A stretch of 64,000 nt of DNA from NCBI GenBank assembly GCA_977017645.1, contig OZ360220.1, forward strand, positions 289,602,001 through 289,666,000, in the 5' to 3' direction. The notes under the pieces were generated by a model, which saw only the letters and a list, made by a program, of their open reading frames with translations, did no database searches and was not told the DNA's origin. This document shows positions 39,478 through 51,008 of this stretch, piece by piece. Positions within the stretch are counted from its first letter, which is position 1. Every line of letters begins with the position of its first letter. This DNA is from Torpedo marmorata (Eukaryota). The translations under genes and the position numbers were made by a program.

Positions 39478-40709
39478 CCGTATATTTTGGCGTATAAGTC
39501 GAGTCTTGAAACCCTCATAAATCTCTCAAAAAACGGGGGTCTACTGGCATACCTGACCTCCATAATAGAATTAGTTTATAGATGTATTTTTTTTTTAGAT
39601 TGGCATTCTCCTCTATCCTTTTCTTTCTTCTTATTTTTTCTTCTTTTTCTATTTTTATTTTATTTTTTATTTTTTATTAGATTAGTGGGGTTGGGAGGGT
39701 TGGGGAGGGGAGGGTGGGAGGGGGGGTGAAAATGTATCACAAATATTTTGATGATTTCATATTTTATTTTATGTATTTTGTGATTTAAAAATTTTAAATA
39801 AAATATTTTTTTAAAAAACGGGGGTCGACTTATACGCCGGATATACTTCTGAGACATTAAAATCAGCTCAAAAACTACTCCATGCCGATTCGGCGTATAA
39901 GTCGAACCTTGAAAACATGATTCGGCGTATAAGTCGACCCTTGAAAACCCACTTTGGCGTATAAGTCGACCCATGAAAAACCGATTTGGCATATAGGTCG
40001 ACCCTGGAAGCACCTCCCCACCACCGGCGCCACTGCTCCCCAACACCTCCCCACCGCAGGGCGCCGCCATAAACCACCCAGACATTCTACAATTGTAGAG
40101 CCTGAGGTCACCGCCCCTGCCTGGTAAGCTGAGGCTCCTGGCCGGTAGGGTGAGGTTCCCGCTCCTTCCACGTAGTCCAAGTCCATTCCCGACATGCCAG
40201 GAGAAAGAGGTTGCCACCCCTGCCACGCAAGCCGAGGTCGCCGCTTCTGCTGAGGACAATGGGGTCGCCGCTACTGCCCGGGAGAACGAGGTCGCTGCAC
40301 CTGCCCGGGAACCGACACGTAGCCGTGGTTCCTGCACCGAGCACACTTGGGCAGCGAGGCGACTTCTTTGATGTGGACAGCACCGCACCCGATGTGGAGA
40401 ATGGAGTCACCTGTCGCCAACTCTGGCTGCAGCCGAAGCTGAAGACTTGGACCCAGCTCCGTTTGGCATCTTCCTGGCCAGAAGCAAAGGTTTTTTTTAC
40501 TGTTATATTTTTACTTACTTGCTTAATTTACAGCTTTGTTACTTGGCGATTCGGGTGCTGTAACAAATTTTGGGTTGTTGCTGGGAGGCCCGGACAACCC
40601 AAAAATTGGGGGTCGAGTTATACGCCGGATATACAATAAAACCATTAAAATGAAGCTGAAAAAGGGGGTTGACTTATCCGCGAGTCGACTTATACACCAA
40701 AATATACGG
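39478..40709. mobile_element. Tc1/mariner (Tc2/pogo-like) non-autonomous DNA transposon inserted in the Gmr1-B RNase H
   Basis: TIR CCGTATATTTTGG(C/T)GTATAAGTCGA at both ends with TA duplication. The flanks rejoin as RNase H sequence. Confidence 0.9.
39542..39812 (+). mobile_element. Short L1 3' UTR copy inside the MITE
   Basis: 14-bp TSD AAAAAACGGGGGTC at 39528-39541 and 39813-39826. Inverted homolog of 36464-36616 plus 37846-37900. Confidence 0.85.
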
Positions 40710-40711
40710 TA

Positions 40712-41378
40712 ATTAAATCATATTCTTGCAAAATTAGACTCCAATTTAACAACCGTCGATTCTTATTTTTCATTTTACAGATATACACATCAAAGTGTTG
40801 TAGAGCCAACACAAGAGCTAACAACTCTTTTCTATGGTTGAATAATTCCTTTGATGATCATTGAACTTCTTCGAGAAGTCGGATACCGGATGGTCAATGT
40901 CCTCTTCGTTCTTCCTCTGTAACAGCACCGCACCCACAGCTTCATCGCTGGCATCCACGGCTAAAGAAAATGGCTTTTCTAAATCCGGTGACTTAAGCAC
41001 AGGTTGGTGGCATAAAATGGCTTTCAATTTGACAAATGCTTTCTGACAACCTGTCGACCATACAAATTTTTCTCCCTTTCTAAGCAAATTTGTGAGAGGG
41101 AGCGCAAGATCTGCAAAGTTTTTACAAAAGTTGCGGTAGTAGCCAATCATCTCCAGGAACCTCCTCAGAGTTTTCTTATCAGTTGGAACAGGGAACTCGG
41201 AAATAGTCACAACCTTTGCCTCTACTGGCGCCAACTGCCCCTGACCCACTACATAACCCAGATAAATAACAGTCTCATGTCCAAACTCACTTTTACTTAA
41301 ATTAACTGTGAGATTTGCTTTTGAGTCATTTGAACAATTGTTTTAACTCAAAGACATGCTCTTCCCAGGTGTTACTAC
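40712..41378 (-). pseudogene. Gmr1-B RT C-terminus and RNase H
   Basis: SNTWEEHV...VIYLGYVVGQG, RRFLEMIGYYR, AVDASD, NYSTIEK. Confidence 0.9.
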
Positions 41379-41499
41379 TGTTATGGACCATGACTGACCA
41401 TTTGGACTGCGGACGGTCAGCAGGAAGGATGAATTCTTTTGGAGTATACACTGGGGCCAGGTACTGAAAAAGTTAACTTCCCCAGGACTTGGTGTACCC

Positions 41500-41531
<32 letters not shown>

Positions 41532-42241
41532 TGTGGAATAGATACATTGTTGCACTTTTGCAAAAAGCAGGGGCAGATCTCTGCAAAGCAGACAGTTGTG
41601 AGTTGCAAAGGCTACAGAAAACAGCCAGATTCAGGTTTGTGTGCAGTCAGAGAAAATCTGGCAAAATAGCACATGGCCTCCTGTCTCAGAGAAAAATTCT
41701 GAGAAAAGCAACTTCTGTGGAGAACAGGCGTGAGATCAGCGAGACTAGCTGTGAGATTCAAGCATACGCCTAAATCAGTGGTATACTGATCTGGAACTTG
41801 CAATCCTTATGAACCTACAAGAAGGGGACGTCATCAGAGAAGAAAACAAGTATTTGTAAGCATAATCAGTCATTTGTCTCTCTCCAACGTTCATTCAGAA
41901 GTACTTCTACCAGACCCAGAGGAAAAGTTGAAGCCTGAACTTAGAGAGTAAATTTGTGGACTGTTTATCTTTTTTTTTGACTGACTTGTTGTTTTATGAC
42001 TGACCTGGGGTTTTTGGGGAAAGTTTTTCCATTTTTTCATAAGGGTTGGGCACAGACTGTAATGGTCTGGGCTTTACACACACACACATACACCTTTTAG
42101 ATAAGAATAGAGTTTATAGACGTTTATAGTGGGGTTAATTGTTGTGAAATTATATGTTTACTTGTGTTTAATAAATAATAATTTCAATTTTTACCCCTTT
42201 TGCATTGCGTCTTCTGTCGTTGCTGGTTTGATTCTGTAACA
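41379..42241 (+). repeat. 5' LTR of Gmr1-A (863 bp)
   Basis: TGTTA...TAACA, with AATAAA near 42170. Confidence 0.95.
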
Positions 42242-42244
42242 AAT

Positions 42245-42263
42245 TGGGGGCTCGTTGCGGGAT
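42245..42263 (+). promoter_or_regulatory. Primer binding site, tRNA-Pro-like
   Basis: TGGGGGCTCGTTGCGGGAT versus the canonical TGGGGGCTCGTCCGGGAT. Confidence 0.8.
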
Positions 42264-42374
42264 TTGAATCAAAATCCATCTTGGTAATTGAAGGAATCCC
42301 AGTTTGTTTTAAGGCATTCCTTTTTGGTAAAGCTAATTAAAAGCTAGTGTGTGTGTAACAAAAAACCAGCAACA

Positions 42375-45300
42375 ATGGATGTAGAACATTTTTTGGAATC
42401 ACCTGAACCTGATACTTTAAAAAAGGCGAAAAAGGAACAGTTAGTGGCTATAGCAACAGAGTTGGGCATTGCTTCTGTAAAACCATCTATGAAAAAGGCA
42501 GAGATTGGGAGAAAAATTGTCAAGTACTATATAAAAGAAAAAAAATTGGAGGAGAGCGTGTTAGAGCAGTTTCCCAAGGGTAAACCTTCTGAAAACATAC
42601 AGTTGGAATTAAAGAAATTGGAATTGGAGGCAGCCAGAGAACAAAAGAAATTAGAATTGGACGCAGACAGGGAACAAAAGAACAGGGAATTGGAGGCAGC
42701 CAGAGAAAAAAAGAAATTAGAATTAGAATTGGAATTGGAACGAAGGAAATTAGAATTGGAGGTAACCAGAGAACAGAAGAGATTAGACTTAGAGAACGAG
42801 GAGAAAAATAGGAAATATGAGCTGGAAAAGATGAGGTTGGAAAATGAGAGGAGACAAGAAGAGCGCCAAGATCAAATTCGTCATCCTGCTGAGGGGTTTT
42901 TGGCTAGTAGGGAAGTTAGGTTGGTTCCTCCATTTGAGGAGGCAGAAATAGATAAGTACTTCCAACATTTTGAGAAGGTGGCTGTGAAATTAAAATGGCC
43001 ACAAGACCAATGGTCTCTTATGTTGCAAAGTGTAATAAAAGGAAAAGCCCAGCAAGCTTATTCTACTCTTACCACAGAACAAGCTGCTGATTATGAAACG
43101 GTGAAGAAGGCTATACTCCAGGCTTATGAGTTAGTTCCAGAGGCTTATAGACAGAAGTTTAGAAATCTAAAAAGATCAGCAACCCAATCTTATACAGAGT
43201 TTGCCTATGAAAAAGTTGTGTGTTTTGACAGGTGGTGCACATCTAAGGAAGTAAACAATGATTACAATCAATTGAGAGAATTGATAATAATCGAGGAGGT
43301 AAAAAGGTGTGTTCCTGAGGATATTAAGGTATACTTAGATGAAAAGGAGGTGAAAACTTGGCGAGATTCAGCTAAGTTGGCAGATGGATATGCTTTAACC
43401 CACAAGCCTAAGAGGACGTCAGGTAGAATTTTCCAAAAGGTCACGGTGGATAATCAGAAGCAAGTGGAAAGTAAATTTGGAAGTGGTGTTAAGGAAAGGG
43501 ATGAAGGAAAGTGGAAAAGGGAAAACAATTCAGGTCCCATTTGCCACTACTGTAGAAAGGCTGGTCATATGCTAGCAAGCTGTCCAGTGTTGAAAAAGAA
43601 GAGAGAAAAGGATGCAACACCTAATGCTTGTATTCAGAGTGAGAAGATGCATAACACCCAGGAAGGAGATAAATTTACTGACCAAGTTAAAGATGTATTT
43701 AAACCTTTTGTGACTGATGGTTTTGTTTCAGTTAAGGCAGGATCAAAACAAGTGCCAGTGAAAATCTTGCGAGATACTGGAGCTGCTCAGTCACTTGTGT
43801 TAGATAGTGTCTTGGAATTTTGTGAAGCTACTGACACCGGTGACATAAATTTAATAAAAGGAATTGGTGGTGAAGTTGAGTCCATTCCTTTGCACAAAAT
43901 AGTATTGAACTCAGACTTGGTGGAAGGACCAGTTATAATAGGAGTGAGATCAGAGTTGCCCATAGAAGGAGTCTCACTGTTGTTAGGCAATGACTTGGCC
44001 AAGGGTAAAGTAGTTCCTGCAGTGCGAATGACCACTAAGCCAGTCATTGATAAGTCAGAGAAAGACTCTGATATTTATCCGGCATGTGCCATAACCAGGG
44101 CCATGTCTAAGAAAAATGTCACTGTAGAGAAGGCAGTGGAAAATAACTTAGTGAAAGAAAAAGAAACTGATAATCAAGAAAACCTGGAAAAGATTGAGCA
44201 ATCTCCTATGTTACACCCATCCACTGATAAGACACCTAAAGGCACAGATTTGTCACTATCCCGACAGGAGTTAATAGCAAGGCAAAAAGACGATCCGGAT
44301 CTTGCTGAGGTGAGGGATAAGGTTCTCTCTGAAGAAGAGATTAAAAAGGTGCCAGTAGGGTATTATGGAAAAGATGGGGTGTTGATGAGAAAGTGGAGAC
44401 CACGTGATGTTCCTGCCAATGAAGAATGGGCATTAGTGCAGCAGGTTGTGATCCCTAAAGTATATAGGGATGAAATAATAACTTTGGCTCATAGTACACC
44501 CTTAGGTGGTCATCTTGGGGTGAAGAAAACTATAAGTAAGATAATGAAACAGTTTTATTGGCCCAGTTTGAGAAGGGAGGTTGTAAGCTTTTGCCGGGCC
44601 TGTCACACTTGTCAGGTGGTGGGTAAACCTAATCAGGGTCCCCCGGTGGCACCCTTGCAACCTATCCCTGCGTTTAGTGAGCCTTTCTCGAGAGTAATTG
44701 TGGACTGTGTTGGCCCATTGCCCAAAACCAAAGCGGGGAATGAGTATTTGTTAACAATTATGTGTGCAGCCACCAGATTTCCAGAGGCCATTCCTCTGAG
44801 AAACATAAAAGCAAAGTCAATTGTAAAGGCTATGGTAAAGTTTTTCACCTTGGTAGGTTTGCCAAGGGAAATTCAATCAGATCAGGGCAGTAATTTCATG
44901 TCAGGCGTTTTCCAACAAGTGGTTGATGGACTAGGAGTTAAACAGATTGTATCCTCTGCGTACCATCCAGAAAGTCAAGGGGCTTTGGAGAGGTTCCATT
45001 CGACTTTGAAAACAATGATTAGAACCTATTGTTGTGAGAAGGAAAAGGATTGGGATGAGGGGGTTCATTTGTTGTTATTTGCAGCGAGGGAGTCTGTCCA
45101 AGATTCGCTTGGTTTTAGTCCATTTGAGTTAGTTTTCGGACATGAGGTGAGAGGTCCTTTAAGATTATTAAAAGAACAGTGGATTAATCGTGATGTGCAT
45201 TTAAATCTGTTAGATTATGTTTCCAAATTTAAGGATCGGTTGCATAGGGCTTGTGAGATGGCAAAGGAGAATTTAAAGGCCACTCAACAGAAAATGAAGG

Positions 45301-45641
45301 TTTGGTATGATCGAAAGGCGAAGATGAGAACTTTTAAACCTGGTGAGAACGTATTAGTTCTGTTTCCCATCCATTCAAATCCTCTTAGGGCTAGATTTTT
45401 AGGACCCTATAGAGTTAAGTCAAAAATTAATGAGGTCACCTATGTCATAGAAACACCTCATCGCAGACGAGACACACAGGTCTGTCATGTGAATATGATT
45501 AAGCCATATTTTGAACAGGTGCCTCACAAAGGGACTGAAAATTTACAGAGGTACTGGTTATTGACAGGGGTAAGGAGGAGACAGATAAAACCAGTTTCAG
45601 AGAGGGTCATGGGACTGTTAATTCTTGGAGTTATGTTGTAG
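42375..45641 (+). CDS. Gmr1 Gag-protease-integrase polyprotein (1088 aa from the first ATG)
   Basis: Capsid YFQHFEKVA..WP..W and PEAYRQKFR (SCAN-related); knuckle CHYCRKAGHMLASC; protease LRDTGA; integrase HHCC, DCVG, SDQGSNF, ERFH; GPY. IN before RT defines the Gmr1 group. Confidence 0.93.
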   Translation: MDVEHFLESPEPDTLKKAKKEQLVAIATELGIASVKPSMKKAEIGRKIVKYYIKEKKLEESVLEQFPKGKPSENIQLELKKLELEAAREQKKLELDADREQKNRELEAAREKKKLELELELERRKLELEVTREQKRLDLENEEKNRKYELEKMRLENERRQEERQDQIRHPAEGFLASREVRLVPPFEEAEIDKYFQHFEKVAVKLKWPQDQWSLMLQSVIKGKAQQAYSTLTTEQAADYETVKKAILQAYELVPEAYRQKFRNLKRSATQSYTEFAYEKVVCFDRWCTSKEVNNDYNQLRELIIIEEVKRCVPEDIKVYLDEKEVKTWRDSAKLADGYALTHKPKRTSGRIFQKVTVDNQKQVESKFGSGVKERDEGKWKRENNSGPICHYCRKAGHMLASCPVLKKKREKDATPNACIQSEKMHNTQEGDKFTDQVKDVFKPFVTDGFVSVKAGSKQVPVKILRDTGAAQSLVLDSVLEFCEATDTGDINLIKGIGGEVESIPLHKIVLNSDLVEGPVIIGVRSELPIEGVSLLLGNDLAKGKVVPAVRMTTKPVIDKSEKDSDIYPACAITRAMSKKNVTVEKAVENNLVKEKETDNQENLEKIEQSPMLHPSTDKTPKGTDLSLSRQELIARQKDDPDLAEVRDKVLSEEEIKKVPVGYYGKDGVLMRKWRPRDVPANEEWALVQQVVIPKVYRDEIITLAHSTPLGGHLGVKKTISKIMKQFYWPSLRREVVSFCRACHTCQVVGKPNQGPPVAPLQPIPAFSEPFSRVIVDCVGPLPKTKAGNEYLLTIMCAATRFPEAIPLRNIKAKSIVKAMVKFFTLVGLPREIQSDQGSNFMSGVFQQVVDGLGVKQIVSSAYHPESQGALERFHSTLKTMIRTYCCEKEKDWDEGVHLLLFAARESVQDSLGFSPFELVFGHEVRGPLRLLKEQWINRDVHLNLLDYVSKFKDRLHRACEMAKENLKATQQKMKVWYDRKAKMRTFKPGENVLVLFPIHSNPLRARFLGPYRVKSKINEVTYVIETPHRRRDTQVCHVNMIKPYFEQVPHKGTENLQRYWLLTGVRRRQIKPVSERVMGLLILGVML

Positions 45642-46291
45642 GACAGGGGAAGTTGGCGCCAGTAGAGGCAAAGGTTGTCGCTATTTCCGAGTTCCCTGTT
45701 CCAACTGGTAAGAAAACTCTGAGGAGGTTCCTGGAAATGATTGGCTACTACCGCAAGTTCTGTAAAAACTTTGCTGATCTTGCGCTCCCTCTCACAAATT
45801 TGCTTAGAAAGAAAGAGAAATTTGTATGGTCTACAGGTTGTCAGGAAGCATTTGTCAAATTGAAAGCCATGTTATGCCACCAACCTGTGCTTAAGTCACC
45901 TAATTTAGAACAGTCGTTTTCTTTAGCCGTGGATGCGAGCGATGAAGCTGTGGGTGCGGTGCTGTTACAGAAGAAGAATGAAGAGGACATTGAACATCCG
46001 GTATCCTACTTCTCAAAGAAGTTCAATGATCATCAAAGGAATTATTCAACTATAGAGAAAGAGTTGTTGGCTCTTGTATTGGCTCTACAACATTTTGATG
46101 TGTATATCTGTACAGCTCAAAAACCACTCATAGTGTATACTGACCATAATCCATTGGTTTTTCTTTGTAAAATGAAAAATAAGAATCGACGGTTGTTGAA
46201 TTGGAGTCTAATTTTGCAAGAATATAATTTGGTAATCACTCATATAAAAGGGAGAGATAATGTAATTGCTGATTGTATTTCTAGATGTTAA
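45542..46291 (+). CDS. Open -1 frame: linker, RT thumb/connection and RNase H
   Basis: No stop from 45542 to 46291. RNase H residues in DAS, EKE, TDH and ADC are all present. Confidence 0.8.
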   Translation, partial: FTEVLVIDRGKEETDKTSFREGHGTVNSWSYVVGQGKLAPVEAKVVAISEFPVPTGKKTLRRFLEMIGYYRKFCKNFADLALPLTNLLRKKEKFVWSTGCQEAFVKLKAMLCHQPVLKSPNLEQSFSLAVDASDEAVGAVLLQKKNEEDIEHPVSYFSKKFNDHQRNYSTIEKELLALVLALQHFDVYICTAQKPLIVYTDHNPLVFLCKMKNKNRRLLNWSLILQEYNLVITHIKGRDNVIADCISRC

Positions 46292-46423
46292 ACTTTATTA
46301 ATGAAAAGAGTTCATATTTTGTATTTGTGGATAAACATTGTAGATTTTGTTTATATTCTGACACCTCACTTACTTTCCTAAATTTTGTTCTTGCAGACCA
46401 AAATTTCCTTTGAGGGAGGGAAG

Positions 46424-47285
46424 TGTTATGGACCATGACTGACCATTTGGACTGCGGACGGTCAGCAGGAAGGATGAATTCTTTTGGAGTATACACTGGG
46501 GCCAGGTACTGAAAAAGTTAACTTCCCCAGGACTTGGTGTACCTAGAGAGAGAGAGAGAGACAGACAGACAGACTGTGGAATAGATACATTGTTGCACTT
46601 TTGCAAAAAGCAGGGGCAGATCTCTGCAAAGCAGACAGTTGTGAGTTGCAAAGGCTACAGAAAACAGCCAGATTCAGGTTTGTGTGCAGTCAGAGAAAAT
46701 CTGGCAAAATAGCACATGGCCTCCTGTCTCAGAGAAAAATTCTGAGAAAAGCAACTTCTGTGGAGAACAGGCGTGAGATCAGCGAGACTAGCTGTGAGAT
46801 TCAAGCATACGCCTAAATCAGTGGTATACTGATCTGGAACTTGCAATCCTTATGAACCTACAAGAAGGGGACGTCATCAGAGAAGAAAACAAGTATTTGT
46901 AAGCATAATCAGTCATTTGTCTCTCTCCAACGTTCATTCAGAAGTACTTCTACCAGACCCAGAGGAAAAGTTGAAGCCTGAACTTAGAGAGTAAATTTGT
47001 GGACTGTTTATCTTTTTTTTTTGACTGACTTGTTGTTTTATGACTGACCTGGGGTTTTTGGGGAAAGTTTTTCCATTTTTTCATAAGGGTTGGGCACAGA
47101 CTGTAATGGTCTGGGCTTTACACACACACACATACACCTTTTAGATAAGAATAGAGTTTATAGACGTTTATAGTGGGGTTAATTGTTGTGAAATTATATG
47201 TTTACTTGTGTTTAATAAATAATAATTTCAATTTTTACCCCTTTTGCATTGCGTCTTCTGTCGTTGCTGGTTTGATTCTGTAACA
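46424..47285 (+). repeat. 3' LTR of Gmr1-A (862 bp)
   Basis: Differs from the 5' LTR, by eye, by one substitution, one GA unit and one T. Confidence 0.95.
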
Positions 47286-47289
47286 CTAC

Positions 47290-50200
47290 TTACAATTAAA
47301 TCATCAATCTTCAACCCATGACTTACTGAATTAATCATGCTCTGAAATGTTCCTGGAGCATTCTTCATCCCAAAAGGCATAACATTATAATCATACAGCC
47401 CAAAAGGTGTTACAAATGGAGAAATCTCCCTACCCCTTTTTATCAAAGGAACACACCAGTACCCTTTCAATAAGTCAATTTTAGAAAGAAATTTGGACTT
47501 CCCCCCCCCCCTCATCTATACATTCGTCTATTCTAGGGATAAGAAAAGCATCTGTCTTTGTCACAGCATTTACTTTCCTATAATCAGTGCAAAACCTAAC
47601 TGTTTCATCAGGCTTAGGCACTAAAACACAAGGTGAACTACAATTGGAAGTAGACTTTCGAATGATACTGTTCTTAACATGTAGTCAATTTCCTGATCTA
47701 CCAGTTTTCACTTTTCTGCATTTATCGATATGGATGCTGTTTTATAGGTCTTGCATCTCCTACATCCACATCATGATAAGCTATGGAATTTTTCTGAGGC
47801 ACATCGGGAAATAAATTTATAAATTTTTAAAATAACTGACTCATCTCTTCCTTTTCGGAAGTTTTGAGATGAGCCAACTTTGTCTCCAGATTGCACAAAA
47901 TCATGGAATTTTCTAACCTCGGGCTTATCAATTTCTGTGTCCCATGACCCTCTCTGAAACTGGTTTTATCTGTCTCCTCCTTACCCTGGTCGATAACCAG
48001 CACCTCTGGTAAATGTTCAGTCTCTTTGTGCGGCACCTATTCAAAATATGGCTTAATCATATTCACGTGACAGACCTGTGTGTCTCGTCTGCGATTAGGT
48101 GTTTCTATGACATAAGTGACCTAATTCATTTTAGACTTAACTCTATAGGGTCCTGAAAATCTAGCCCTAAGTGGATTTGAATGTGTGGGAAACAGAACTA
48201 ATACATTCTCACCAGGTTGAAAAGTTCTCATCTTGGCCTTTCGATCATACCAAACCTTCATTCTCTGTTGAGTGGCCTTTAAAGTCTCCTTTGCCATCTC
48301 ACAAGCTTTTTGAAACCGATCCTTAAATTTGGAAACATAATCCAACAGATTTAAATGCACATCACTATTAATTCACTGTTCTTTTAATGACATTAAAGGA
48401 CCTCTCACCTCATGTCCGAAAACTAACTCGAATGGACTAAAACCAAGTGATTCTTGGACAGACTCCCTCGCTGCAAATTACAACAAATGAACCCCATCAT
48501 CCCAATCCTTTTCCTTCTCACAACAATAAGTTCTAATCATGGTTTTCAAAGTCGAATGGAACCTCTCCAAGGCCCCTTGACTTTCTGGATGGTACACAGA
48601 GGATACAATCTGTTTAACTCCCAGTCCATCAACCACTTGTTGAAATACGCCTGACATGAAATTACTACCCTTATCTGATTGAATTTCCCGAGGCACACCT
48701 ACCAAGGTGAAAAACTTTACCATAGCCTTTACAATTGACTTTGCTTTAATGTTTCTCAGAGGAATGGCCTCCGGAAATCTGGTGGCTGCACACATAATTG
48801 TTAACAAATACTCATTCCCCGCTTTGGTTTTGGGCAATGGGCCAACACAGTCCACAATCACTCTCGAGAAAGGCTCACTGAAAGCAGGGATAGGTTGCAA
48901 GGGTGCCACCGGGGGACCCTGATTAGGTTCACCCACCACCTGACAAGTGTGACAGGCCCGGCAAAAGCTTACAACCTCCCTTCTTAAACTGGGCCAATAA
49001 AATTGTTTCATTACCTTATGTATAGTTTTCTTCACCCCAAGGTGACCACCTAAGGGTGTGCTGTGAGCCAAAGTTATTATTGCATCCCTATATACTTTAG
49101 GGATCACAACCTGCTGCACTACTGCCCGTTCTTCATTGGCAGGAACATCACATGGTCTCCACTTTCTCATCAACACCCCATATTTTTCATAATAACCCAC
49201 TGGCACCTTCTTAATCTCCTCTTCAGAGAGAACCTTATCCCTCATCTCAGCAAGATCAGGTTCCTCCTTTTGCCTTGCTATTAGCTCCTGTGGGGATAGT
49301 GACAAATCTGTGTCTTTAGGTGTCTTATTAGTGTATGGGTCTAACACAGGAGATTGCTCAACCTTTTCCAGGTGTTTTTGATTATCACCGACTTTTTCTT
49401 TCAACAATTCATTTTCCACTGCCTTCTCTACAGTGACATTTTTTCTTAGACTTGGCCCTGGTTATGGCACATGCCAGATAAATATCAGAGTCCTTCTCTG
49501 ACTTATCAATGACTGGCTTAGTGGTCATTCGCACTGCAGGAACTACTTTACACTCAGCCAAGTCATTGCCTAGCAACAGTGAGACTCCTTCTACTGGCAA
49601 CTCTGATCTCACTCTTATTATAGCAGGTCCTTCCACCAAGGTGGAGTTCAACACTATTTTGTGCAAAGGAATCACCCCCAATTAATTTAATTAAATTCAT
49701 TTCACCGGTGTCAGTGGCTTCACAAAATTCCAAGACACTATCTAACACAGATGATTGAGCAGCTCCAGTATCTCACAAGATTTTCACTGGAACTTGCTTT
49801 GACCCTGCCTTAACTGAAACAAAACCATCAGTCACAAAAGGTTTAAATGCATCCCTAACTTTGTCAGTAAATGTGTCTCCTTCCTGGGTGTTATGCCTCT
49901 TCTCACTCTGAATACAAGCATTAGGTGTTGCATCCTTTTCTCTCTTCTTTTTCAACACAGGACAGCTTGCTAGCATATGACCAGCCTTCCTACAGTAGTG
50001 GCAAATGGGACCCGAAGGGTTTTCCTTTTTCGACTTCCCTTCATCTCTTCCCTTAACACACTTCCTAATTTACTTTCCACTTGCTTGGGATTATCCATAG
50101 TGCCCTTTTCGAGAATTCTGCCTAACATCCACTTAGGCTTGTGGGTTAAAGCATATTCATCTGCTAATTTAGCTGAATCTTGCTTTTCAACTAAGTAAGC

Positions 50201-51008
50201 CTTAATATCCTCAGGAACACACCTTTTTATCTCCTCAATTAGTATCAATTATCTCAATTGATTGTAATCATTGTTTACCACCTTAGATATACACCACCAT
50301 CAAAACACATAACCTTTTCATAGGCAAACACTGTGTGAGATTGGGTTGCTGATCTTTTTTTTAAATTTCTAAACTTCTGTCTATAAGCCTCTGGAACTAA
50401 CTCATAAACCTGGAGTATAGCCTATTCACCATCTCATAATCAGCAGAATAAGCTTGCTGAGCTTTTCCTTTAATTACACTTTGTAACATAAGAGACCATT
50501 GGTCTTGAAGCCATTTTAATTTCACAGCCACCTTTTCAAAATGCTGGAAGTATTTATCTATTTCATTCTCCTCAAATGGAGGAACCAAGCTAACTTCTCT
50601 ACTGGCCAAAAACCCCTCAAAAGGACCACAAATTTGATTTTGGGGTTACTGTCTCCTCTCATTTTCCAATTTAATCTTTTCCAGCTCATGTTGCCTAATT
50701 TTCTCCTCTAATCTCTTTTGTTCTCTGGCTGCTTCCAAGTCTAATCTCTTTTGTTCCAATTCCAATTTCTTCAATTCCAACAGTGTGTTCTCAGAAGGTT
50801 TACCCTTGGGAAAGTGCTCTAACCTGCTCTCCTCAAACTTTTTTTCTTTTATATAATATTTGGCAATTTTTCTCCCAATCTCTGCCTTTTTCATTGATGG
50901 TTTTACAGAAGCAATGCCCAACTCTGTTGCTATAGCCACTAACTGTTCCTTTTTAGCCTTTTTCAAAGCATCAGGTTCGGGTGATCCCAAAAAAATTTCT
51001 ACATCCAT
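47290..51008 (-). pseudogene. Gmr1-B gag-PR-IN-RT (N-terminal part), with many stops and frameshifts
   Basis: Fragments homologous to the Gmr1-A ORF, plus RT motifs IDLLKGYW, MPFGMKNAPGTFQ and IDD. Confidence 0.92.

Larger units (their letters stand above)
41379..47285 (+). mobile_element. Gmr1-type LTR retrotransposon 'A', very young, RT core deleted
   Basis: 4-bp TSD CTAC at 41375-41378 and 47286-47289. Near-identical LTRs, PBS, and PPT GAGGGAGGGAAG at 46412-46423. Confidence 0.95.

Noticed and set aside
39889-40008. 32-bp repeats as CRISPR repeats
   Set aside because: They are copies of the MITE TIR motif with no spacers.
39660-40639. Long ORFs inside the MITE as a transposase
   Set aside because: No HTH or DDE/DDD motifs; they are built from repeats and an L1 UTR.
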